A DNA stretch of 64,000 nucleotides, taken from the NCBI GenBank assembly GCA_015229005.1, contig JADGCL010000005.1, positions 3,324-67,323 of the forward strand, given 5' to 3'. Each line of letters begins with the position of its first letter. The stretch's first letter is position 1. The position numbers and the translations under genes were made by a program. The notes beneath the pieces were generated by a model. That model saw nothing but the letters and a program-made list of their open reading frames with translations, ran no database searches and had not been told where the DNA came from. This DNA is from Magnetococcales bacterium (GTDB lineage: Bacteria; Pseudomonadota; Magnetococcia; Magnetococcales; JADGCL01). Below, one piece after another: positions 21,122 through 33,118 of the stretch.

Positions 21122-22704
21122 TCAAGATTCTTGCGGTTGTGTGGGATCGAAGGCTGGCAGTCTCACGGTCACCGTGGTCATGCCTTCCCGGGAGGAATCC
21201 AGGGAGACGTCGCCGCCATGTGTCTTGGCAACCAGCCAGGCGGAGTATGTCCCCAGTCCGGTGCCCATTTTTTTCCCCGAGGTCACATATTTCTCGAAAA
21301 ATCTCTGGCGTATCTCCTCGGGAACGGCGCCGGAATTGGTTATCCGAATCTCGTCATGGTCCCCACGGTGATACAGGGTTACCTCGACCACCCCTTGTTG
21401 TGGCGAGGCTTCGACGGCGTTCAGCAGTAGATTATACAGCATGGGGTAACAGAGCATCTTTTCTCCGAAAACCAGAAATTCTTCAGAAGAACTCGAGCCA
21501 CTGACGTTCCGAATTATTACTTGGATGTTTTGTCTGGAAATGGAAATCTGGAGATCATCTATAATTTTTCTGATCTTTTCATAAATATCAAAAAATTGGC
21601 GTTGCAGCGTATAATGTCCTGATTCCATTTTTATCAAGTCAGTCGACCTGTTGATCATCTCAAGCAAGGTATAACCACTTCTGGTGATCATTTTCAGGAG
21701 GGCTTTCTGCCCGTCGGTGAGGTTGGCGTCTTCCATCAACAATTCCGGGGCCCCAATGATGCCTGCCAGGGGTCCTTTGAGATCGTGGCGAACCATGCGC
21801 TCCACGTCTTCCCGTATTTTCAAGGCCTCTTCCAGCTCGCGGTTTCTTTTTTCAAGTTCTCTTCTCGCGATCAGAAGATCGTAGGTATTCCTCACCCGTG
21901 CCAGGACGATCGAGGCTCGGGAGGGTTTGCGGATGTAATCCGTGGCGCCCAGGGCCAATCCTCTGGTCTCGTCCTCGGAATCGCCCTTCGCTGTGAGGAA
22001 GAGGATGGGGATATCGGCAATCCCCGGGATGGACTTCAACTGCTTGCAGGTCTCGTAACCGTCCAGGTCAGGCATGAGAATATCCAGCAGGATGACGTCG
22101 GGCTGGGTCTGCCGGGCGACTTTCAGCGCCATGCGCCCATTGGTTGCCACGAGAATCTGGAAATGGGCCGACAGCGCCTTGCGGATGACGTCGATGCTCT
22201 CCAGGGCGTCATCAACGATCAGAACGGTTCCGGTTTCGGTGGAACGGTCCCCGTCAGCGAGCGGCGGAGTCATGGCCGAGGGGCGCCGGTTCCGGCAATG
22301 GTTGGCGAGAATGGCCTGGCGCAGCTCCAGGTGGGTCTTCACCCGGGCCCGAAGAATGGGCGCCGAAAACGGCTTCGACAGATAATCCGCTGCCCCGAGT
22401 TCCAACCCCAGGAAATCATCGGCCTCGTGTGGAGTTCCTGTCATGAAGATGACCGGGATGTCCCGGGTACGTTGGTCGGTCTTGAGTTGCCGGCAGACCG
22501 CGAACCCCTCCATCTCCGGCATCATGACGTCCAGCAGGATCAAATCCGGAACAGGTTCGCGGGTGGCCGCCTCCAGGGCGACCTTGCCGTTGACGACGGA
22601 CCGAATGAGATGATTCTGACCCAGGATGCTCCTCAGGGCGGTGATCTCCTCGGGGGAGTTGTCGACGACCAGGATGGTCTTCCGTTTGCGGTCCGATTCG
22701 ACGG

Positions 22705-22708
<4 letters not shown>
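21122..22708 (-). CDS. REC-REC-histidine kinase
   Basis: Two N-terminal receivers (LLDVMMP, LLDILMP), [25 protein letters not shown]; ATGA overlap. Confidence 0.9.
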
Positions 22709-26628
<3,920 letters not shown>

Positions 26629-26760
26629 GGCGATCCCCCATCGCGTGCAAGGGTTGCGTCAGGGCCGACCTCTTCTCCTCCCACGGACAGGTTCCGGTCA
26701 GCGTGAGGGGGGCTGCACACCTTGAAGCTGACGAAAATGTAGGCTATCTTACGTCATGTC

Positions 26761-26828
26761 TGCAAGATTTGCAAGATTTGCAAGATTTGCAAGATTTGCA
26801 AGATTTGCAAGATTTGCAAGATTTGCAA
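26761..26828. repeat. Perfect 9-bp tandem array (TGCAAGATT)x7 + TGCAA
   Basis: Read directly; non-coding, between divergent genes. Confidence 0.98.
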
Positions 26829-26937
26829 AAAACAAAAATTACACAGTGATTCCAGTATGATGCGAGAATTTCAAGAAACAATGTTTGACCGGAAAGAGAA
26901 ATTTCTTTTCCCTAAACCTGGATGACCCGAGAGTGGC

Positions 26938-27522
26938 ATGGACCCGAAAGAGAGACCGGATGCCCTGGAAACAACCGTGACCTCATCGGAGGCGGCGGAA
27001 CTGCTGGGGGTCTCCCAGAGGACGGTACACTATTGGATCCAGCGGGGCATGTTGAAGTCCTGGAAGACGGAAGGTGGGCATCGCAGGATTCCCATGAGCG
27101 GGATCACCGCCCTTCTCCGGAAGCGCCAGGAGAGTCTCGATGCCGGAGGTGACGAGGGGATCACCCTCCTGCTGGTCGAGGATGATGCCGGTCTGGTCGC
27201 GGTTTTTCGCAAGGTGGCGAAGAAGTGGCCGGTCCGGGTCCGATTTTTTGCGGCGGAAAACGGTTTCGACGGGCTGATCCAGGCGGGATTGCACAAGCCG
27301 GATCTTATCATCACCGACCTGATCATGCCGTCCATGGATGGGTTCCAGATGATCGCCAGCCTGCGGGAAAGTCCGGACCTTGGAGGGAGCAGGGTGGTGG
27401 TCGTGACGGCGCTGAGCGACCAGGAGATCAACTCCCGTGGAGGACTTCCGGAGGGGGTCACCGTTCTCCAGAAGCCCGTCTCCTTTGAGCGAATCGAGGC
27501 CATCGCACGGTCGCTGGTCTAG
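26938..27522 (+). CDS. Excisionase/MerR-like (HTH_17) DNA-binding domain fused to a C-terminal receiver
   Basis: TSSEAAELLGVSQRTVHYWIQRG..KTEGGHRRI; LLVEDD, ITDLIMP, VTA, QKP. Confidence 0.9.
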   Translation: MDPKERPDALETTVTSSEAAELLGVSQRTVHYWIQRGMLKSWKTEGGHRRIPMSGITALLRKRQESLDAGGDEGITLLLVEDDAGLVAVFRKVAKKWPVRVRFFAAENGFDGLIQAGLHKPDLIITDLIMPSMDGFQMIASLRESPDLGGSRVVVVTALSDQEINSRGGLPEGVTVLQKPVSFERIEAIARSLV

Positions 27523-27649
27523 CAGTAGCGGCTCGCTCACCTCTCCCGAAACGGTATCAACTCGTTGAACATCGAAGGGAAGGCAAAACTGTGTTTTGCC
27601 TTCCCGGATTGATAAAGCCCACGGATGGATGGGCCTTGTCGGCAGGTTG
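27523..27649 (+). mobile_element. MITE/REP-like element, copy 2 (5' part diverged), flanked by CTAG direct repeats
   Basis: Shares AACTCGTTGAA, the GGGAAGGCAAAA..TTTTGCCTTCCC hairpin and the terminal hairpin; CTAG at 27519-27522 and 27650-27653. Confidence 0.8.
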
Positions 27650-28489
27650 CTAGGGGCGGTCTGCCCCCGGTTGCGACGAGCCCGCCGCAGGCGGCGGCAT
27701 CTCCTGGGCCGGCGGGGGAATCTCTTGATACCCCTCGGGGAGGGCAAAGAGGCTCTCCGCCTGGGCCGCCTCCTTGATGTCGCTGACGGTCATGGAGAAG
27801 CCCGAGCTGCCGCCGTCCATGAAGACCGGCAGGCGCAGGGCGGTGTCGACCCACTGGGTGAAGGAGCGGGTCTCACCCTTGAACTGGTGAGAGACGGTCC
27901 ACTTCTCGGTTGGGCGACCGCCAACCTCCTCCGTGGAGGTAAGTTTCCGTTCCATGGTTGGGGTCTCGGGGGCCTCCTGCTTGAGGACGATGTGACGCGC
28001 CGGGTCGGCCCAAACGGTGACCGTTCGTTTTTCGCCCTGCCGGGAGAAGAGGATCTCCCATTTTTCGCATGGGACGCCGTTCACGGGTTCCTCGCTGACC
28101 TTGCGGCAGGTGGGTCCCTCTTTCTGGTTGCAGGGGCCGTCCTTATCCTGGGGGAGGATATCGATATCGGGCTTGGGCGGCTGGGGAACTTCGCCGAGAC
28201 CCTTGTGGAATTGCTTTTTGTCGGTGATCAGGGTGAAAACCTTGCGGGCCTCGGTGTCGATGATGACCGCCCTGGGCTCGTTGCGGAAGGTTCCCTCGGC
28301 GCGGATGCGCCCCTTGCCGACGAAGAGACGACCGGTGGCCTTTTCCTGGGTTTTGGTCTGGGTCATGGTGATGTTGGCGGAAAACTCGCCGGGATACCAG
28401 ACCCCACTTCCCGCGACTGCTGCGGAGGGGGATGTGCTGGCCAGGGCCGCAGCCAGGAAAGCAGACGAAGCGATCCGACGAACGGGCAT
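27650..28489 (-). CDS. Exported LolA-fold / DUF4412-like protein
   Basis: Signal peptide, EFSA, duplicated EE.V.G...EKW...W.D motif, SLFALPEGYQE. Confidence 0.6.
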   Translation of the reverse strand: MPVRRIASSAFLAAALASTSPSAAVAGSGVWYPGEFSANITMTQTKTQEKATGRLFVGKGRIRAEGTFRNEPRAVIIDTEARKVFTLITDKKQFHKGLGEVPQPPKPDIDILPQDKDGPCNQKEGPTCRKVSEEPVNGVPCEKWEILFSRQGEKRTVTVWADPARHIVLKQEAPETPTMERKLTSTEEVGGRPTEKWTVSHQFKGETRSFTQWVDTALRLPVFMDGGSSGFSMTVSDIKEAAQAESLFALPEGYQEIPPPAQEMPPPAAGSSQPGADRP

Positions 28490-28676
28490 GAATGACCTCC
28501 GAAACCAGGGAAGAAGCCGCCGTGACGGCTGACCACCAAACCGGTGGGACTATAGACCCCCAAGGGCGCAAAATCAAGCGGGACCACCTGCCGTCCCTGG
28601 TCTGGAGGGGGGGGGAGTGGTATCAATGGAGGTTGGTTTCGAGTTTCGTGTCAAGCCCAAGCGGAAGGAGTGGAAC

Positions 28677-29105
28677 ATGGCGGTCGAGCGTACCTTTTCC
28701 ATTGTCAAACCGGATGGCGTGGCCCAAAACGCCATCGGCCAGATCTATGCCCGTTTCGAGGCGGCGGGGCTCCGGATCGTGGCGGCGAAGATGATCCAAT
28801 TGAGCCGGCAGCAGGCGGGTGAGTTTTACGAGGTCCACAAGGGCAGACCCTTCTACGGCGAACTGGTGGATTACATGACCTCGGGTCCGGTCATGGTCCA
28901 GGTCCTGGAGGGCGAGGGGGCGGTGGCCAAGAATCGCGAGGTGATGGGTGCCACGGACCCGAAGAAGGCGGCGCCGGGGACGATTCGGCGCGATTTTGCC
29001 AAAGATATCAGCGCCAACGCGGTGCATGGCTCCGATGCCCCCGAGACTGCGGCCAGGGAGATCGCGTTTTTCTTCAGCGGGCTCGAAATCTGCCCCCGTC
29101 CCTGA
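28677..29105 (+). CDS. ndk: Nucleoside diphosphate kinase
   Basis: [27 protein letters not shown]. Confidence 0.98.
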   Translation: MAVERTFSIVKPDGVAQNAIGQIYARFEAAGLRIVAAKMIQLSRQQAGEFYEVHKGRPFYGELVDYMTSGPVMVQVLEGEGAVAKNREVMGATDPKKAAPGTIRRDFAKDISANAVHGSDAPETAAREIAFFFSGLEICPRP

Positions 29106-29176
29106 CGGGCGGTTGCCGGGGGCCATCCACGGGCTCTTCCAGCCTGGCAGGATGGAGCCCGGTTTGGCTTTTCCTT

Positions 29177-29213
29177 CCGGACTCGACGGGTTGCACCGTC
29201 CCGTCGAGTCCGG
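29177..29213. other. Perfect 14-bp GC-rich hairpin in the ndk-rlmN spacer
   Basis: CCGGACTCGACGGG-9nt-CCCGTCGAGTCCGG; no U-tract. Confidence 0.7.
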
Positions 29214-29351
29214 GCGGTTCCACTGCCGGCGCGACCCGTTGATTGACGGGCCGCTGGGAGTGCCTCTTTTTACGGTTTACTCCAAACCCTTCATGTACAA
29301 ACGGGGACCAGGCGGGGGGGCGCTTTCCCGCCGTTTCCCTTACTGGTGGCC

Positions 29352-30464
29352 ATGACAACCGAGACTTCCCCAGTCCGCTTGACCGGGTTGACCCGCGAGG
29401 AGCTGGACCTGCAGCTCGCCGCCTGGGGGCAGAAGCCGTTCCGGGGGAAGCAGCTCTGGAGCTGGCTTCACGTCAAGCTCGCCACGGAAGTGGCGGGAAT
29501 GACGGACCTTTCCAAGGAGTTCCGAGAGCTTCTGGGACAGCGCACGGCGCCGCTCCGTCCCGGGGTCGGACGCCATCAGGTGGCCCGGGATGGTACCGAA
29601 AAATGGCTTCTGGTCCTGGCCGACGGCGAGACCGTGGAGACGGTCTTCATCCCCGATGAGGAGCGCGGGACGCTCTGCATCTCCTCCCAGGTCGGCTGTG
29701 CCCTCTCCTGTCCGTTCTGTCGCACCGGGACCATGCCCCTGGTCCGCAACCTGACGGCGGCAGAGATGGTGGAGCAGGTCCTTCATGTCCGCACTGTCCT
29801 CTCCCGGGCAGGACAGGGAGAGGAGACGGGGGCAGAAGGGGGGGCGGGCAAGACGGCAGGTGGTGGGAAGGCCTCTTCGGGCGAGGAGAAGCGTATCACC
29901 AACGTCGTGCTGATGGGCATGGGGGAGCCTCTCTACAATTATGAGGCAACGGTCAAGGCGGTGCGGATCCTCATGGATCGCAACGGGCTTGCCATCGGCA
30001 CCCGCAAGATCACCTTGTCGACCTCCGGGGTGGCGCCGCGGATTCCCCAGGTGATGCGGGATCTGGGGGTCAATCTGGCGGTTTCCCTGCATGCCGTGCG
30101 GGACGAGGTGCGCGACGTTCTCGTGCCCATCAATCGCAAATTCAACCTGGCGGCCCTGCGCCAGGCGATCATGGACTCGCCCCTCAAATCGGGGCGGCGG
30201 ATCACCTGGGAATATGTCCTGCTCGATGGCATCAACGACAGCCTGGAGGCGGCGGCGGAGCTGGCGGCCTTCGTCCGGGGGATTCCCTCAAAAATGAATC
30301 TGATCCCCTTCAATCCCTGGGAGGGGAGTCCCTACCTCCCCTCGCCGCGAGAGCAGGTGGTGCGTTTCCAGGAGGTTCTCCACCATGCGGGGCTGGTGAC
30401 GGTCATCCGCGAGAGTCGCGGTGCGGACATCTCGGCGGCCTGCGGGCAATTGAAGAGCTTCTGA
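29352..30464 (+). CDS. rlmN: 23S rRNA A2503 / tRNA C2-methyltransferase RlmN
   Basis: CISSQVGCALSCPFC, MGMGEP, SLHA, NLIPFN, AACGQL; position after ndk. Confidence 0.97.
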   Translation: MTTETSPVRLTGLTREELDLQLAAWGQKPFRGKQLWSWLHVKLATEVAGMTDLSKEFRELLGQRTAPLRPGVGRHQVARDGTEKWLLVLADGETVETVFIPDEERGTLCISSQVGCALSCPFCRTGTMPLVRNLTAAEMVEQVLHVRTVLSRAGQGEETGAEGGAGKTAGGGKASSGEEKRITNVVLMGMGEPLYNYEATVKAVRILMDRNGLAIGTRKITLSTSGVAPRIPQVMRDLGVNLAVSLHAVRDEVRDVLVPINRKFNLAALRQAIMDSPLKSGRRITWEYVLLDGINDSLEAAAELAAFVRGIPSKMNLIPFNPWEGSPYLPSPREQVVRFQEVLHHAGLVTVIRESRGADISAACGQLKSF

Positions 30465-30470
30465 GGGCGG

Positions 30471-31175
30471 TTGCTGATGGTTTCCCGCGTCATTCCGGCG
30501 GCGGAACTCAAGGCCCGTTTCGGGGTCTTCGGCTATTTTTATCGTCTTGCCCTGGGGGGGGAACTCCTGGGCTGCCGGTCGGTCCTTACCCTTGTGGCCC
30601 ATGAAGATGTCCCGGGGGATCCCGCCGATCTCCTGGAGGCCCGTCCGGATCTCCTGGTGGTGATGATGAATCCCGGATCCTCCAGGCCGCTGGTCGCCCT
30701 TCCGGAGCGACCGGCGGCGACCTCCGCCGAGGCCATCTGGCGGGGAAGGTTCCTGGTGCCGACCCGTCCCGACACCACCCAATATCAGGTCATGCGGATC
30801 ATGGCGGCCAAGGGTTTTCGCCATGCCCGGGTGTTGAACCTCTCCGACCTCAGGGAGCCCAAGAGCCCGTTGCTGCTGGCCCGGCTCGCCGGATTGGCGG
30901 CCCTTCCGGACGGGGCGCTGCACTCACTCTTCGGGGGGATGCGCGAAGGGGAGAGGCGGGCTCTCCTGGGAGAGGCGGGGGCGGCGCCGCTTCTCCTCGG
31001 TTGGGGGCAGAACCGGGGGCTTGAACCCCTCGCGCGTCGGTGTCTGGAGGGGGTTCGGGGGTGGCGGCGGGTGGGAGTGATGATCGGGGATGGCCCGCTC
31101 TATGCCCACCCCAGCCCGCAACTGCAACGCCTGAAGGAGGCGTGGCTTGGGGAGGTCCTGCGGCAGTTGGATTGA
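30471..31175 (+). CDS. Hypothetical protein, DUF1643-like
   Basis: VVMMNPGS, D.T, VLNLSD, LGWG and HPSP motifs; 6 nt after rlmN. Confidence 0.5.
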   Translation: MLMVSRVIPAAELKARFGVFGYFYRLALGGELLGCRSVLTLVAHEDVPGDPADLLEARPDLLVVMMNPGSSRPLVALPERPAATSAEAIWRGRFLVPTRPDTTQYQVMRIMAAKGFRHARVLNLSDLREPKSPLLLARLAGLAALPDGALHSLFGGMREGERRALLGEAGAAPLLLGWGQNRGLEPLARRCLEGVRGWRRVGVMIGDGPLYAHPSPQLQRLKEAWLGEVLRQLD

Positions 31176-31179
31176 CGGC

Positions 31180-31314
31180 TCAGGCGTCCCGGTCCCTGAA
31201 CGGGACGAGGCGCCAGTTCTTGCGCAATTCGCAATGAATCCAATAGCCGTAGGCGCCGAGACCGGCGATGACGGCCACGAGCAGGGTGGCCGAGAGAAGG
31301 GGTTCCAGTGACAT
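31180..31314 (-). CDS. Putative 44-aa single-pass membrane protein
   Basis: GGAGGA SD; MSLEPLLSATLLVAVIAGLGAYGYW followed by a basic tail. Confidence 0.55.
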   Translation of the reverse strand: MSLEPLLSATLLVAVIAGLGAYGYWIHCELRKNWRLVPFRDRDA

Positions 31315-31455
31315 GAGTTCCTCCGCGGAGGGGATGATGGCATTGCTGTCGTCGGGTGGGTATGATGGCCCCGGTCGCTGGGGTGCAGCAATAATCGATC
31401 CAGAAGCGCTGGTCGGGCTGCCCTCTCCCTGGGGGCGAGAAGAGGAGCGATAGTC

Positions 31456-32142
31456 ATGACACAATCCGTAACCTTCGATGATGTCTGGAAGATGTTCCAG
31501 GAGACCGATCGCCAATTCCAGGAGATGGTCCGCGAGGAGCGGGAACGAAGAGCGGAGCTTGATCGGGGGTTTGAGGAAACCAGGCTTATGTTCCAGGAGA
31601 CTGACCTTAAGTTCAAGGAGACTGACCTTAAGTTCAAGGAGACTGACCTTAAGTTCAAGGAGACTGATGTCAAATTTAAGGAGATTGCTCAGAGGTTCAA
31701 GGAAACCGATCGCTTGATTGGAAGGCTTGGCGGTCGGTTGGGGGAGTTTGTGGAGGGTCTGGTGGCGCCTGCATGCAGGACTCTTTTTGCGGAACGGGGC
31801 ATTCCGGTCCACAAAGTCAGCCAGCGTGTGGAGGCGGATCTTCCGGGTAATCGTCATATCGAGATCGACATTTTTGTCGTGAATACTGACACGGTCTCTC
31901 TTGTCGAGGTGAAAAGCAAATTGACGATAGAGGATGTCCGGGAGCATTTGGAAAGGCTGTCGGAGTTCAAGGAGTTTTTTCGGGAATATGCGGACAAGCG
32001 GGTGATTGGAGCGGTCGCCGGCATGGTGGTCGAAGACAATGTCGTCCGCTTTGCCGTAAGGAGCGGCCTGTTTGTGATAGTCCAGTCCGGGGATTCGGTG
32101 CGCATGGCCAATGAGGAGAGCTTCGTGCCGCGCTCCTGGTAA
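31456..32142 (+). CDS. Coiled-coil heptad-repeat protein with PD-(D/E)XK-like domain (DUF3782-like)
   Basis: FQETD/FKETD repeats, LGEFVE, EID...VEVKSKL, HLERL. Confidence 0.8.
   Translation: MTQSVTFDDVWKMFQETDRQFQEMVREERERRAELDRGFEETRLMFQETDLKFKETDLKFKETDLKFKETDVKFKEIAQRFKETDRLIGRLGGRLGEFVEGLVAPACRTLFAERGIPVHKVSQRVEADLPGNRHIEIDIFVVNTDTVSLVEVKSKLTIEDVREHLERLSEFKEFFREYADKRVIGAVAGMVVEDNVVRFAVRSGLFVIVQSGDSVRMANEESFVPRSW
31591..31716 (+). repeat. In-frame 21-bp tandem repeat, about 6 units (FKETDLK)
   Basis: TTCAAGGAGACTGACCTTAAG units, the first three near-identical. Confidence 0.95.
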
Positions 32143-32303
32143 CGGGCCGATATCAAACGAAAACTGACAGAAAGAGATGATATCGAGAGTGTCTGAGGGA
32201 GCCTGAGGGGGAGGCTCCGCCTGCCCCCTTCAGCGGGGGCTCGGGGGCGAAGCCCCTGAAACAGCCGAACGATATCCCTGTCCAGGTCTCCCTGAACGGT
32301 TAC
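32139..32303. repeat. Second intergenic MITE/REP-like element
   Basis: GTAAC...CTGAACGGTTAC ends, internal GGGGCGAAGCCCC and TGAGGGGG..CCCCCTTCA hairpins; right end matches 12882-12898 inverted. Confidence 0.55.
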
Positions 32304-32320
32304 CTCCGAACGTTACTCCG

Positions 32321-33118
32321 TCAGATGATGTTCTTGATGATCCGCACCAGGCGTTTGCGTACCGGTTCGGCGATTTCGCTCTGCTGGACGTTTCGTCCCC
32401 CGCCGTAGGCCACGACCTCGAACCCCACGGTCTGTTTCAGCTTGCGCTTTCCTATCCGTTCCTGCCGCTCCTCGTCGAGTTCGGGGTCTCCCATGGTGCT
32501 GCGGCTGAAGGTGATGCTTTTTCCCTCGCGCTTTGCCGGGGGATCGAAGATGGAACAGGATACGTGGACGGCGATCAGGTAGGTGTTCTGTTTCATGAAG
32601 CGTCCCAGCAACCCTCCCAGGACGGTGCCGATGGCGACGGCCTTGACCTGGCCGCCGGCGTCCGGCATGTTCGCCCCGACCATTTTTCCCGCGAAAAAGC
32701 CCGCCCCGATGCCGGCTCCTGTCCACTCCTCGTGAATCTGGCCGCTGTGGTGGACGTTGATGTCCAACAGGAGACCGTAGTCGTCTTTCGAGGTCGGTGG
32801 ATATCCCTGCTGGGCATAGGCCGTCTCGATCTCCTTGTGGAACCCGAAGAGGTCGAAGACCGCGTCTCCGGAGGTATTGCGGACCTTGACCTTGATTCGG
32901 GAATTCTCGAAGAAGGAGGAATCCAGGCTGACCGACCGGTCAATGGTCGAACCCAGGAGGATACCGGTTTCCGGGTCTTCGACGAGTCCCAGATCCTGGC
33001 TGGTCGAGGTGGCACAGCCGGCGACCAGGCCGAGCAGGGCGAGGAGCGGCCAAAACCCCGGCGTCGAAAACCGTAAGGGATTCTGTTTCATGGTGATCAT
33101 CTCCTGCGCCCGGCTCAC
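32321..33118 (-). CDS. TraT-like (complement resistance family) lipoprotein
   Basis: LVAGC lipobox, VKVRNTSGD, glycine-zipper segment. Confidence 0.6.
   Translation of the reverse strand: MSRAQEMITMKQNPLRFSTPGFWPLLALLGLVAGCATSTSQDLGLVEDPETGILLGSTIDRSVSLDSSFFENSRIKVKVRNTSGDAVFDLFGFHKEIETAYAQQGYPPTSKDDYGLLLDINVHHSGQIHEEWTGAGIGAGFFAGKMVGANMPDAGGQVKAVAIGTVLGGLLGRFMKQNTYLIAVHVSCSIFDPPAKREGKSITFSRSTMGDPELDEERQERIGKRKLKQTVGFEVVAYGGGRNVQQSEIAEPVRKRLVRIIKNII

Noticed and set aside
26761-26828. CRISPR array (also considered for 31591-31716 and 37559-37658)
   Set aside because: No spacers and no cas genes; the latter two are in-frame coding repeats
26938-27522. Prophage or ICE excisionase marking a mobile element
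   Set aside because: Fused to a receiver domain; no integrase, tRNA or phage genes nearby
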